Origin: an uncultured Chloroflexota bacterium
GTDB lineage: Bacteria; Chloroflexota; UBA11872; UBA12225
Assembly (NCBI GenBank): GCA_903836285.1
Contig: CAILQO010000026.1
Span: 1-47,934, forward strand
Direction: 5' to 3'
DNA: 47,934 nucleotides
The position numbers and the translations under genes are program-made. Shown here one piece after another: positions 1 to 10,264 of this stretch (positions are counted from its first letter, which is position 1; each line of letters begins with the position of its first letter). The notes beneath the pieces are model-generated. The model was not told where the DNA came from. It ran no database searches and worked only from the letters and a program-made list of their open reading frames with translations.

Positions 1-1074
<1,074 letters not shown>

Positions 1075-1275
1075 TGTCCACGACCCGGCGTCGCCCAACC
1101 GAGTCCCCCTTCCGTCAAGCCGTTAGGCGCCACGACGGCACACCGGCGGCCGCGCACACCGGTGATCACCTCTGCCTTCGGGTGCCTGGTTGACTGAACG
1201 GCGGGCAGCGGTCGGTGTTGCGTCCATCAGCTCCCCTCAAGCGCCGCTCCCATATCTGAGTTGGCGAGAGGGCAG

Positions 1276-1839
1276 TCAGCCGATCGGGAAGTAAGGGTGG
1301 CCGGCGCGCATGATCGTGACGACCGTGTCGCCGTGCATGCGGACCCGGTTTACCGTCAGGCGACCTGGCAGCACGAGTGGAGGGTCACGCCGACCAGTCT
1401 CGACCACGACGACGGCGCCGTCGCTGGTGACCTCCGGACGCGCCAGTTGCAGAAGCAAGTCACCCATCGCTACCCAGCCGTACGGCGGATCACACAGGAT
1501 GAGATCGTACGGCTGGCGCACGGCATCCAGGAAACGGTTGACGTCGCCGCGGATCACTCGCGCCGACTCGCCCAGCCGCGACTTGGCAAGGTTCGTGACG
1601 ATTGCCGCGATAGCGTCCGGCCCTCGGTCCACGAAGTCGCAAGAATCGGCCCCGCGACTTAGGGCCTCGATCCCAAGGCCGCCTGAACCGGCGAACAAGT
1701 CGAGTACCCGCCCGGCCCCACCCGCCTCGCCGAGCATCCCGAAGATTGCGCCCTTGACCTTGTCGGTCGTTGGTCGCGTGGCGGTGCCTCGGGGCGCGAC
1801 GAGGACAATCCCACCCGCCTCGCCGGCGATCACCCGCAT
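1276..1839 (-). CDS. rsmD: 16S rRNA (guanine966-N2)-methyltransferase RsmD
   Basis: 187 aa. SAM-binding VLDLFAGSGGLGIEALSRGA and the catalytic DPPY motif (LILCDPPYG). N-terminal RPTTDKVKGAIF is typical of RsmD. The start lies 2 nt after the recG stop. Confidence 0.9.
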   Translation of the reverse strand: MRVIAGEAGGIVLVAPRGTATRPTTDKVKGAIFGMLGEAGGAGRVLDLFAGSGGLGIEALSRGADSCDFVDRGPDAIAAIVTNLAKSRLGESARVIRGDVNRFLDAVRQPYDLILCDPPYGWVAMGDLLLQLARPEVTSDGAVVVVETGRRDPPLVLPGRLTVNRVRMHGDTVVTIMRAGHPYFPIG

Positions 1840-1841
1840 CG

Positions 1842-4319
1842 TCAGCCGGCCCCCATCGATCTCGTCTCGTTCAAGGCCACCCGGGCAGCGAGCGGACCGT
1901 GTTCCGGGAGCGACAACGCCGGGTCCGCCTGCAGGATCAGCGCGGCCTGCCGGCGCGCCCGGACTAGCGTCTCGCGATCGCCATAGGACGCCACGCGAAG
2001 GTCGGGCAGGCCGCTCTGGCGAGTACCAAAGAACTGGCCCGGTCCACGCATGCGCAGGTCTTCCTCGGCCAACGCAAATCCATCAGAGGTCCGTTCGAGT
2101 GCGCGCAGGCGCGCCAGTGTTGCCTCGGCATCGCTCTCTGTAAGGAGAAGGCACGAGCTCGGGTGGGGCCCTCGCCCAACCCGCCCACGGAACTGGTGGA
2201 GCTGCGCCAGCCCAAACCGATCAGCACCCTCGATCAAGATCACCGACGCGTTCGGCACGTCGATCCCAACTTCCACCACGGCAGTCGCGACCAACACGTC
2301 CGCCTGCCCGTCGCGGAAGCGAGCCATCACGTCGTCCTTCTCGCGCGGGGTGAGGCGCCCATGAACGAGTGCAAGGCGCAAGTCCGGGAACTGCCGGCGC
2401 AGTCGCTCGAACTCCGCCGTCGCGGCGCGCGCCTCAACCCGTTCGGACTCCTCCACCAGCGGGAAGATTACGAAGGCTTGCCTACCCGACTTCACCTGCG
2501 CACGCAGGTACTCGTACGACTCCCCTCGGCGCTCGGGGCGGACAAGTATCGTGCGGATCGGCTGGCGTCCAGGCGGCAACTCGTCCAGCAGCGACAGTTC
2601 CAAATCGCCAAAGACTGAAAGCGCCAGGGTCCGAGGAATCGGCGTCGCGGTCATCGCCAGCATATGCGGGTTTGTACCCTTGCCAACGAGCGCCTGGCGC
2701 TGCCTGACCCCAAACCGGTGCTGCTCATCGACGATGACCAGGCCGAGGCGTCGGAACGCACCACCGTCTTCGATCAAGGCGTGGGTTCCCACAACGATGT
2801 CGAGTAATCCCTCCTGCACACCGAGCCACGTCTGGCGCTTCTCCCGCAGCCGTTGGCTGCCCGTGACGCGCGCCACCCGGACACCGAGCGGTGCGAGCGT
2901 GGCGACAAGGCCTCGTTCGTGCTGTTGCGCCAAAATGTCGGTCGGCGCCATGAACGCAACCTGGTGTCCGGAACGCACAGCCATCAGGCAGGCGGCCGCC
3001 GCGACCGCCGTCTTTCCGGAACCGACCTCGCCCTGGAGAAGGCGTCCCATCGCGACCGGGCGCCGGACATCCGCCTCGATCTCCCCAATAACCCGCCGCT
3101 GCGCCCCCGTCAGCGTGTACGGCAGTCGCCCTTCGAAGGCGGCCAATGTGCCGTCGGGCACGTCAAACGCTACCCCTGGCCGCTCGGTCTCTCGCTGGTA
3201 GCGCCGCTGCAGGACCCATGTCTGGATGCCGAGCAGCTCGTCGAACGCGAGGCGCTGAACCGCCGCCTCGTGGTCGTCGGATGTCTCGGGGAAATGTGCC
3301 GATGCGAGAGCGACCGCAACCGACGCCAGGCCCTCTGAATGACGCACGCGCGGCGGCGCAAGGTCGGCAAACTGGTCACCGACAACGTCAAGTGCCCTGC
3401 GCACCGCAGTCCTGATGGCCTTGTCGGTGAGACCCTCAGACTTGGCGTAGAAGGGCACCAGTCGGCCGGCATGCAACGACTCGGCGACGTCGAACTCGTA
3501 ATCCGGCGACGTGAACTGCAGCGCGCCTCCCGGGGTCAACTCGGGGCGACCGCTGATCAGCACCGGGTTGCTCTGGCCAAGGCGCCGCAGCAGGTATGCC
3601 TGGTTGAACCACGTTGCCTGCGCATACCCCGTATCGTCCCTGATCGTCGCCTGCGTCACCGTGAGTCCGCGGCGCGACGTTGGCTTCCGGGTCACCGACA
3701 CGACGGACACAAGCACGTTCGCCACCTGCCCCGCCACGAGCCCAGCGATCGGCGTGACGCTTCGACGGTCAACGTGGCGCTTGGGCAGGTGAAACGCCAG
3801 ATCCTCCATCGTGACGATTCCAAGCTTCGCCAGCGCCGCGAGTGCTCGCGAGTCAAGGTCCGGCAGCAGCGTCACCGGATCTGACGGGAACGCGGATTCA
3901 ATCGGCGAAGGAGAGACTGCCGGCAAGTTTGCCCGCGCGCGTGCCATGACCGACCTCGGGGTGCCGGTTCGTGTCCCTGGTGAAGAAGGGGCGTCATATG
4001 GAGTGACGGGCCGCGACCCAACGGCGCGGTCTCGGCGCGCTGTCGGCGTCGGTGCCGGCGCAGACGATGGCGAGAGTGGCGGATCGCCGGCGATCGCGCC
4101 GAGCGCCTCCGTGATGGCGCGTGCACGACCCGCCGGGGTCTTGCCCGCGTAGCCGGTAAGGGCGAGCCGCACTGCCGGAGCCCAGCCACCCCACGACCCA
4201 TCAAGACGGGCAGCAAACGCCTCGATGCCGCCGACAACTGCCCGGTTGTTGTGGCCCAGCGACCGTTCGAACTCAAGGATGCGCCGTGCGCGTACGTCCG
4301 GCCCGTTCCCCCGTCCCAC
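1842..4319 (-). CDS. recG: ATP-dependent DNA helicase RecG (with ~150-aa N-terminal extension)
   Basis: 825 aa. Walker A GEVGSGKTAVAA, DEQHRFG box, TATPIPRT, and the QLHQFRGRVGRG arginine finger region. A wedge/OB region (ATIRDDTGYAQATWFNQAYL) precedes the helicase core. The GTG start at 4319 is 2 nt after the yloV-like stop. An internal ATG (MARARANL...) would give ~700 aa. Confidence 0.92.
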   Translation of the reverse strand: MGRGNGPDVRARRILEFERSLGHNNRAVVGGIEAFAARLDGSWGGWAPAVRLALTGYAGKTPAGRARAITEALGAIAGDPPLSPSSAPAPTPTARRDRAVGSRPVTPYDAPSSPGTRTGTPRSVMARARANLPAVSPSPIESAFPSDPVTLLPDLDSRALAALAKLGIVTMEDLAFHLPKRHVDRRSVTPIAGLVAGQVANVLVSVVSVTRKPTSRRGLTVTQATIRDDTGYAQATWFNQAYLLRRLGQSNPVLISGRPELTPGGALQFTSPDYEFDVAESLHAGRLVPFYAKSEGLTDKAIRTAVRRALDVVGDQFADLAPPRVRHSEGLASVAVALASAHFPETSDDHEAAVQRLAFDELLGIQTWVLQRRYQRETERPGVAFDVPDGTLAAFEGRLPYTLTGAQRRVIGEIEADVRRPVAMGRLLQGEVGSGKTAVAAAACLMAVRSGHQVAFMAPTDILAQQHERGLVATLAPLGVRVARVTGSQRLREKRQTWLGVQEGLLDIVVGTHALIEDGGAFRRLGLVIVDEQHRFGVRQRQALVGKGTNPHMLAMTATPIPRTLALSVFGDLELSLLDELPPGRQPIRTILVRPERRGESYEYLRAQVKSGRQAFVIFPLVEESERVEARAATAEFERLRRQFPDLRLALVHGRLTPREKDDVMARFRDGQADVLVATAVVEVGIDVPNASVILIEGADRFGLAQLHQFRGRVGRGPHPSSCLLLTESDAEATLARLRALERTSDGFALAEEDLRMRGPGQFFGTRQSGLPDLRVASYGDRETLVRARRQAALILQADPALSLPEHGPLAARVALNETRSMGAG

Positions 4320-4321
4320 GC

Positions 4322-6109
4322 TTACTCCACGGAGATGATGAAGTCGTAGTGAGGTTGGCCGCCATGGACGACCTCGACAGTGGCACGCGGGTACACCTCC
4401 GCCATCGAGTCGCCAAACGCCTGCCCATCCGCTTCCGACACGTCAGCCCCTCGGTACACGGTCAGGAGCTCAGCAGACGCTCCGCCCGCATGGTCAATGG
4501 CGCCCCTCGCCACGGAACCCAGGTCTGTACCAGCAGTTACCACCACGTCATCAACAAGGCCAAGCAGGTCACCCATCTGAACCCGAACCCCATCGAGGTC
4601 CACGTCGCGAGTGGCCGTAGTGACCTCGACCGTTCGCACCGTTGAGAGGGCAGCCTCCATCTGAGCAGCCGTTGCGCTGGGTTCGCCGACAGCTTCGAGG
4701 CCCGCAGCCATCATCGCGGCAATGCCCTGCGCCACCGTGCGTGACGGCACCACGATGATCTGGCGGTCGTCGCCGAGGACCTGGGACGCGACTGCCCCTG
4801 CCTGACGCGCGGTCATGACAACGTTGCCGTTGTTCGGCAGCACGATCGTGACGCGTGCATTCGCTTCGCGGGCGGCGTCAAGGATTTCCTGCGCGCTTGG
4901 ATTCATCGTCTGCCCGCCAGCAACGATGGCGACGACGCCTAGGTCCCGAAACACCCGCGCAAACCCGTCACCCGGCGCAACTGCGAGGAAGGCCAGGTCC
5001 ACGGGTGGCGCAGCGGGCGAAGCGTCGGCTGGCGCAGCGGGCGCGGCCTGAGCTGACGAGCGGCCGTCCGAGGACTCGGTTCGCCACCGTTCCGCCTGTG
5101 CATCCATGTCCTCGATGGAGATGCGGTGAACGCGCCCAAACTGGACTGCCCGCGTCAGGAACGCCCCCGGGTCCTCGGTGTGGCCATGCACGCGGACGAA
5201 TCCCTCGCCCCCGACCACGATGGTCGTGTCAGATACCTCGTGCATCGAGTCGCGCACGGCATCCAATGAGAGGGGCTTGCCATCGGCCGCCACAACGAGG
5301 AACTGGGTGCAGTACCCCCATTCGCCCGCAAGCGGGTCAACTTCGGGGGCGACCTCGGCTGCTTCAACCGTTACAGGTGCCGTTGTCGGGAGGGTCAGCA
5401 CGCTGGCGATGCGGGGCAGGATCTCGCCCCGGATCGCGAACGCCATCCCTTCGAGGATCAGTCGGTAGCCCTCGCCACCGGCGTCGACGACCCCGGCCTG
5501 GCGCAAGATCGGGAGGTGCAGCGGTGTGTCACGCACGGCGACACGCGCCGCCTCGAGGGCGGCGGTCATAACGTGCTGCACCGATGCGCGTGCATGGCCG
5601 ACCGCGGCGGTCGCCGCCTCGCCCGCGGCGCGAGCGACTGAGAGAATCGTGCCTTCCACCGGACGCGTCACCGCGTGATAGGCCGCCGCCGACCCTTCGG
5701 CGAGGGCCTTGGCCAGCTCGTCTGGCGTCACCGTCTTGGCGTCGCCAAAGCCTCGAGCGAGGCCCGCGACAATCTGCGAGAGGATGACGCCAGAGTTTCC
5801 GCGTGCGCCAAGCACGGCACCATTCGCGGCGGCCCGGATCACCGCCCCGGCACCCTCGTCCGCTGCCCGTCGGGCGGCCTCAACAGCCGCCCGCATCGTC
5901 AGGTGCATATTAGTTCCGGTGTCTCCATCCGGAACGGGAAACACATTGAGTGCATTGACCGCACCAACATGCTGCTCAAGCCATTGGGCAGCATGCTCGA
6001 ACATGCGCCTCACGGCGGCTCCGTCCAGATGGTGGCGATCAGCCTCCGCGCCGGTGGCTGGATCCGCGCCACTCGGCTCCGCAGGTACGGCGTTGTTGGT
6101 CTCGTCCAT
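4322..6109 (-). CDS. yloV: DAK2 (DhaL-like) domain fusion protein, YloV family
   Basis: The track ORF runs to 6385, but the family starts at MDETNNAV... (ATG 6109, preceded by GGAGAGG). It has the DhaL-type motif PVPDGDTGTNM, an Ala/Pro-rich linker and a C-terminal YloV/DegV-like half. It sits between rpmB and recG, as B. subtilis yloV does. Confidence 0.85.
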   Translation of the reverse strand: MDETNNAVPAEPSGADPATGAEADRHHLDGAAVRRMFEHAAQWLEQHVGAVNALNVFPVPDGDTGTNMHLTMRAAVEAARRAADEGAGAVIRAAANGAVLGARGNSGVILSQIVAGLARGFGDAKTVTPDELAKALAEGSAAAYHAVTRPVEGTILSVARAAGEAATAAVGHARASVQHVMTAALEAARVAVRDTPLHLPILRQAGVVDAGGEGYRLILEGMAFAIRGEILPRIASVLTLPTTAPVTVEAAEVAPEVDPLAGEWGYCTQFLVVAADGKPLSLDAVRDSMHEVSDTTIVVGGEGFVRVHGHTEDPGAFLTRAVQFGRVHRISIEDMDAQAERWRTESSDGRSSAQAAPAAPADASPAAPPVDLAFLAVAPGDGFARVFRDLGVVAIVAGGQTMNPSAQEILDAAREANARVTIVLPNNGNVVMTARQAGAVASQVLGDDRQIIVVPSRTVAQGIAAMMAAGLEAVGEPSATAAQMEAALSTVRTVEVTTATRDVDLDGVRVQMGDLLGLVDDVVVTAGTDLGSVARGAIDHAGGASAELLTVYRGADVSEADGQAFGDSMAEVYPRATVEVVHGGQPHYDFIISVE

Positions 6110-6345
6110 CGCGCCTCTCCGTTCGCGGTGGGCGCGCCCGTGGGGAAAGTCCGCCCAGGGGATGCTACAGTTCAGGCATCTCGCGCCACCCCGCAGCAGG
6201 AGCTCCTCGCCAAAAGGGATGCGCGCGAGGGCGCGACGCAACCCGGGCACTCTCGGGGCGGCTGAGGATAGCACGGCATCTGGGTTCCTCCAGATGTAGC
6301 GGACATCGCCTCGGAACGCACACACTTCACGAACGGGGTCAGTCA

Positions 6346-6555
6346 GTGGCGACCAAGTGCGACTTGTGCAATAAGGGGACGGCACACGGCCGGACCATTT
6401 CGAGCAACGTCTCGGCCGGCTGGGCGCGCCGTGCCCCCAAGAAGAACCGGACCTTCAAGGCAAACGTCCGCCGCGCGACAATCATGCTAGCGGGCATCCC
6501 CGTCAAGGCAGATGTATGCACACGGTGCTTGCGGAGCCTCGTGAAGACGGCGTAA
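6346..6555 (+). CDS. rpmB: 50S ribosomal protein L28 (Cys-containing, zinc-ribbon type)
   Basis: 69 aa, GTG start. MATKCDLCNKGTAHGR...NRTFKANV...VCTRCLRS matches the L28 pattern (M-x-x-K-C-x-x-x-G-K...G-x-x-x-S...R-x-[FW]-x-x-N[LV]). Two CxxC pairs are present. Divergent from yloV, as in Bacillus. Confidence 0.85.
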   Translation: MATKCDLCNKGTAHGRTISSNVSAGWARRAPKKNRTFKANVRRATIMLAGIPVKADVCTRCLRSLVKTA

Positions 6556-6610
6556 ATACGCGGCTTGCACCCCGACACGGCACCGCTCGTCCGAACTGGT
6601 GGGGGGTTTT

Positions 6611-7288
6611 CTATTCGCTGGTCCGCAAGGCGTCAATCGCCCCGCGAACGCCCTCTATCGAAGCGGCGAAGACCGAGCTGCCTGCCACGAGGTACCGTGC
6701 CCCGGCATCAAGCGCTTCTCTAGCGGTGGATGCGTTGATGCCGCCATCGACGCCGACCTCGATGTCATGACCAAAGCGGTCGGCGACCTCGCTCACCTTT
6801 GACAGCATCGCGCGCATGAACGGCTGTCCTGACGAACCAGGCTCAACGGTCATCACCAGGACATGATCCAGTTCACCGACCAATCCGGCGATGGCATGGA
6901 CACCTGTCGCGGGTTTGAGTGCGACGCCCGCCCGCATCCCACGCTTCCGGATCTCTCGCACCGCCTCAATCAACCCGATTTGGTCACCCTCAAACGCCTC
7001 GACATGAATGGTCACTCCTCGAACCCCGGCGTCGGCAAGCCATGGCAGGTGAGAAACCGGGTTTGAGACCATCAGGTGTGCGTCGAGCGGAAGGTGTGTG
7101 GCGGCGCTCACCGCCTGCACGATGAGGTTGCCGAACGAAATCGGGCCCACGAAATGGCCGTCCATGACGTCGAGATGGACCGCGTCCGCCCCGCCGTCGG
7201 TCACTGCCCTGACCGCGTCCCCAATGCGCAGCAAGGGGGCGGCGTACAGCGAAGGCGCCACAACCACGCGCCCGACGTCTTCGGTCAC
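6611..7288 (-). CDS. rpe: Ribulose-phosphate 3-epimerase
   Basis: Motifs HLDVMDGHFVGPISFG, DAHLMV, MTVEPGSSGQPF, VGVDGGIN. I place the start at GTG 7288, which overlaps the rlmN stop (GTGA). The track ORF extends to 7348 with an Arg-rich, non-homologous N-terminus. Confidence 0.9.
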   Translation of the reverse strand: MTEDVGRVVVAPSLYAAPLLRIGDAVRAVTDGGADAVHLDVMDGHFVGPISFGNLIVQAVSAATHLPLDAHLMVSNPVSHLPWLADAGVRGVTIHVEAFEGDQIGLIEAVREIRKRGMRAGVALKPATGVHAIAGLVGELDHVLVMTVEPGSSGQPFMRAMLSKVSEVADRFGHDIEVGVDGGINASTAREALDAGARYLVAGSSVFAASIEGVRGAIDALRTSE

Positions 7289-8394
7289 GGTACGGCGTCG
7301 ACGGCAGTGCGCGAACGCCCCTGCACCTCCGTGCGAAGCTGCCCGCACGCCGCCCGGATTTCGCGCCCCATCTCCCGACGGATGGTGCAGATGACGCCCG
7401 CCGCGCGCAGGATCGCGTGGAACTCGTCCACCGCCTCAGGGCGCGACGCCCCGAACGGAAGCGAAGCCACCGGGTTCATCGGGATGAGGTTGACGTGCAC
7501 ATCGCGTCCACGGCAAAGCCGGACAAGGTCACGTGCAAGCGCGGGAGTATCGTTCACCCCATCGAGGAGCGTGTACTCAAACGTCACCCGACGCCGCGTG
7601 CGCGCCTGGTACTCCCAGCACGCATCAAGCAGGATTGCCAAGGGGAAGCGACGGTTCAGCGGCACGAGGGAACTGCGCAAGTCATCAACGGGCGCGTGCA
7701 ACGAGACCGCAAGTCGCACCGCGTACCGGTCGTCAATCAGGCGGGCCATGCCGGGCAACCACCCCGACGTCGACACCGTGAGCCGATGGACACCGAGCCC
7801 GGCGCCATCGACCAGCAAAGCAACCGCACCCATCGTCGCGTCGTAGTTCATCAGGGGCTCACCCATGCCCATGAAGACGACGTTACGGACGACTGGAGGG
7901 TTGGCACGCGACCACCGCAGGAAGTGCAAGGCCTGCCCGACGATCTCGGCCGTGGAAAGGTTCCGCGTGAAACCCATAAGCCCAGTAGCGCAGAACGAGC
8001 ATTTGACCGGGCATCCCACCTGCGTGCTCACACAGACCGTAGCGCGCTCGGCACCAGTTCCGTCATCCCGAGTCGGGTAGCGCATCAACACCGTCTCAAC
8101 GACGTCGCCGTCGTGGAGGCGCAACGCGACCTTGCGGGTCTCGTCATCCGCCGCGACGGCCTCGACCTCAACCTCCATGGCATCGATGCGGAAGCGTGAG
8201 CCAAGAGCGTGCCGCAGGGCAATCGGCAGGTTGGTCATGTCGTCGAACGCACGAACCGACGACCTATACAGCCACGCGCCGACTTGGTCACCGCGGTACG
8301 CCGGGTAACCCATCTCGACGACTACGTCACGCAGTCCTGAGAGGGATAGGTCGCCAATCGCAGTGCGCACGTCTCCAGCACCTAGGGGGTGCAT
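7285..8394 (-). CDS. rlmN: 23S rRNA/tRNA (adenine-C2)-methyltransferase RlmN (radical SAM)
   Basis: Radical-SAM cluster motif CVSTQVGCPVKCSFCATG, plus GMGEPLMNY, SLHAP and the C-terminal CGQL. N-terminal YRGDQVGAWLY matches the RlmN head domain. Start chosen at ATG 8394 (MHPLGAG...); ATGs at 8424/8421 are alternatives. The track start 8505 overlaps the upstream gene. Confidence 0.9.
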   Translation of the reverse strand: MHPLGAGDVRTAIGDLSLSGLRDVVVEMGYPAYRGDQVGAWLYRSSVRAFDDMTNLPIALRHALGSRFRIDAMEVEVEAVAADDETRKVALRLHDGDVVETVLMRYPTRDDGTGAERATVCVSTQVGCPVKCSFCATGLMGFTRNLSTAEIVGQALHFLRWSRANPPVVRNVVFMGMGEPLMNYDATMGAVALLVDGAGLGVHRLTVSTSGWLPGMARLIDDRYAVRLAVSLHAPVDDLRSSLVPLNRRFPLAILLDACWEYQARTRRRVTFEYTLLDGVNDTPALARDLVRLCRGRDVHVNLIPMNPVASLPFGASRPEAVDEFHAILRAAGVICTIRREMGREIRAACGQLRTEVQGRSRTAVDAVP

Positions 8395-8446
8395 GGTCGC
8401 ACCCACCGGTGCCTCAACCATCATGAGCGTGATGACCGCCGCGTGA

Positions 8447-9139
8447 TCAGTCGTCGCGTCGGCGGTTGCCGGACAGAAGCATCGCGTAATAGAGGACCTG
8501 CGCAAGGGATTGTAGGAGCGCTGCCACGTAGGTCAGCGCCGCAGCGTCCAACACTTGACGCGCCATACCGGCGTCGTACGACGTGACGAGGCCGTTGTCG
8601 ACGAGCAGTCGCATGGCGCGATTGCTCGCGTTGTACTCGACCGGCAAGGTCACCGCCTGAAACAACGCCGCTGCGCCGAAGAGCAGGAGGCCGAGCAACG
8701 CAAGGCCGAACATGTTGATGAAGATGCCCAGCATGAAGATGTAAGGTCCTAAGATGCTGCCAATGTTCGCGACCGGTAGGATCGCTGCCCGGGTTCGCAT
8801 CGGCGCATAGTTTTCTGCGTCTTGGATCGCGTGCCCGACCTCGTGCGCAACCACGCCGATCGCTGCCACGGAGTTTCGGTACATCGTCGCTTCCGAAAGG
8901 CGGACGACCTTGGCACGTGGATCGTAGTGGTCCGTGAGTTCTCCGGGAACTGCTTCGACGGAGACATGCCGGAGACCTTGGGAGTCCAGCAATCGGCGTG
9001 CGATGTCGGCTCCCGTGTAGCCGGTCGAGTTCGCCACGTTGGAGTATTTGCCGAAGGCCGACTTGACTTTCCACTGGGCCCACAGGCCGAACAGCAGCGG
9101 GGGCACCGCAAAGACGAAGTACATCGGGTCAAAGTACAT
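8447..9139 (-). CDS. Membrane zinc metallopeptidase, YugP / Zn_peptidase_2 family
   Basis: 230 aa. HEVGHAIQ zinc motif flanked by hydrophobic segments. The N-terminal FGLWAQWKVKSAFGKY pattern is typical of the family. Strong RBS AAGGGAGGA lies upstream of ATG 9139. Confidence 0.8.
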   Translation of the reverse strand: MYFDPMYFVFAVPPLLFGLWAQWKVKSAFGKYSNVANSTGYTGADIARRLLDSQGLRHVSVEAVPGELTDHYDPRAKVVRLSEATMYRNSVAAIGVVAHEVGHAIQDAENYAPMRTRAAILPVANIGSILGPYIFMLGIFINMFGLALLGLLLFGAAALFQAVTLPVEYNASNRAMRLLVDNGLVTSYDAGMARQVLDAAALTYVAALLQSLAQVLYYAMLLSGNRRRDD

Positions 9140-9214
9140 GGCGCGTCTGTCCTCCCTTAGGAGCGCCTGACATCATCGTCTGGCGGATCCCGCGTAACCT
9201 TGGCCGCTTCGAGT

Positions 9215-10264
9215 TTACGGTGTCGATGGCCCGTCCGCACCGGCAACTGAGGCAGCCCCCCTTCCAGTCGCGAACACCTGCCGAATCACGTCGTCGATTG
9301 ACGGTTCCTCAATGGTGAGGTCGGCGACGGGGAACGACGAGAGCAGACGCGCGGCACGCGACGAAACCTCGTCACGCGGAAGGTGCAGCGTTGCCGAAAT
9401 GCCGTCGAACGCCGCGACGTGCCCGTGCAACTGCAGGTCAGCTTGGTCGACCGCGCGGTCGAACCGCATACCGACGACGCGGTAGCCAGCAAAAGTCGCC
9501 ACGACCTCTACCAATGGGCCATCATGGATGACGTGACCGTGGTCGATCACAATGACCCGCTCGCAAAGTTCCTGCACGTCATCCATGTAGTGCGAGGTCA
9601 GGATGATCGTGGCGTGGTGGCGCCGTCGGTACGCATCGACGAACTGGCGCACTGCCTTCTGCGCAACGATGTCTAGCCCAATCGTCGGTTCGTCAAGGAA
9701 GAGGACCCGGGGGCGGTGCAGGAGCGCCGTCGCCAGTTCGCACTTCATGCGTTCCCCGAGCGATAGCCGGCGTACTGGCACGTCGAGGACACGTCCGAGG
9801 TCAAGTAGGTCAACAAGGTCGTCAAGTGTTTGCCTGTACTGCGCGTCCGGAACCTCGTAGATCTCCTTGTTCAGCAGGAAAGTCTCGCGCGCCGGGATGT
9901 CCCACCAGAGTTGGTTCTTCTGGCCCATGACCAACGACAACTGACGCAGCAACACATGCTCACGTCGCCACGGATCGTGACCGAGAACCCTCGTCTCGCC
10001 GGACGTTGGGTAGAGGAGGCCGGACAGCAACTTCAGCGTGGTTGTCTTGCCGGCGCCATTCGGTCCAAGGAAGCCGACAATCTCTCCTTCAGCGATCTCG
10101 AAGGAAACACCATCGACGGCGCGGACAACGTCGTTGCGTCGAGCGATGAGACCCTTGAGGGACCCGAGCAACCCGGGAGCCTTGCGATGCACGGCAAAGT
10201 GCTTGGCAAGGTCTCGAACCCGAACCGCAGGCGCGCCGCCTCGGCTAGGTCCGTCTAGCTGCAC
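9215..10264 (-). CDS. ABC transporter ATP-binding protein (COG4586-like, no adjacent permease)
   Basis: Walker A GPNGAGKTT, signature LSLGERMK, Walker B VLFLDEPTIGLD, H-loop TSHYM. It is clearly paralogous by eye to the ATPase at 37635-38636 (shared LLSGLL...G...V.G.DP...QK/R..LWWD.P). Its start overlaps the IscA-like stop by 10 nt. Confidence 0.9.
   Translation of the reverse strand: MQLDGPSRGGAPAVRVRDLAKHFAVHRKAPGLLGSLKGLIARRNDVVRAVDGVSFEIAEGEIVGFLGPNGAGKTTTLKLLSGLLYPTSGETRVLGHDPWRREHVLLRQLSLVMGQKNQLWWDIPARETFLLNKEIYEVPDAQYRQTLDDLVDLLDLGRVLDVPVRRLSLGERMKCELATALLHRPRVLFLDEPTIGLDIVAQKAVRQFVDAYRRRHHATIILTSHYMDDVQELCERVIVIDHGHVIHDGPLVEVVATFAGYRVVGMRFDRAVDQADLQLHGHVAAFDGISATLHLPRDEVSSRAARLLSSFPVADLTIEEPSIDDVIRQVFATGRGAASVAGADGPSTP

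Noticed and set aside
6144-6153. GGAAAGTCCG, the hallmark P4-region string of bacterial RNase P RNA, in the rpmB/yloV intergenic region
   Set aside because: The non-coding gap is only ~237 nt, too short for a type A or B RNase P RNA. The flanking sequence does not continue the consensus (no GGGCUCCA..., no ACAGAAnCCGGCUUA partner strand). It is most likely a chance 10-mer in a GC-rich 5' UTR.
6110-6385. Long N-terminal extensions in track ORFs: yloV to 6385, rpe to 7348, rlmN to 8505, pyrF to 14495, kinase to 14683, 14568-15131, DUF711 from 21163, dapA-like from 22556, FMN reductase from 33650, dehydratase from 34581, ATPase from 37464, macro from 40904, HAD to 47875
   Set aside because: The extensions are Arg/Pro/Gly-rich, overlap neighbouring genes, and lie upstream of starts that match family N-termini and have RBS or overlap coupling. 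They are typical over-extension in high-GC DNA.
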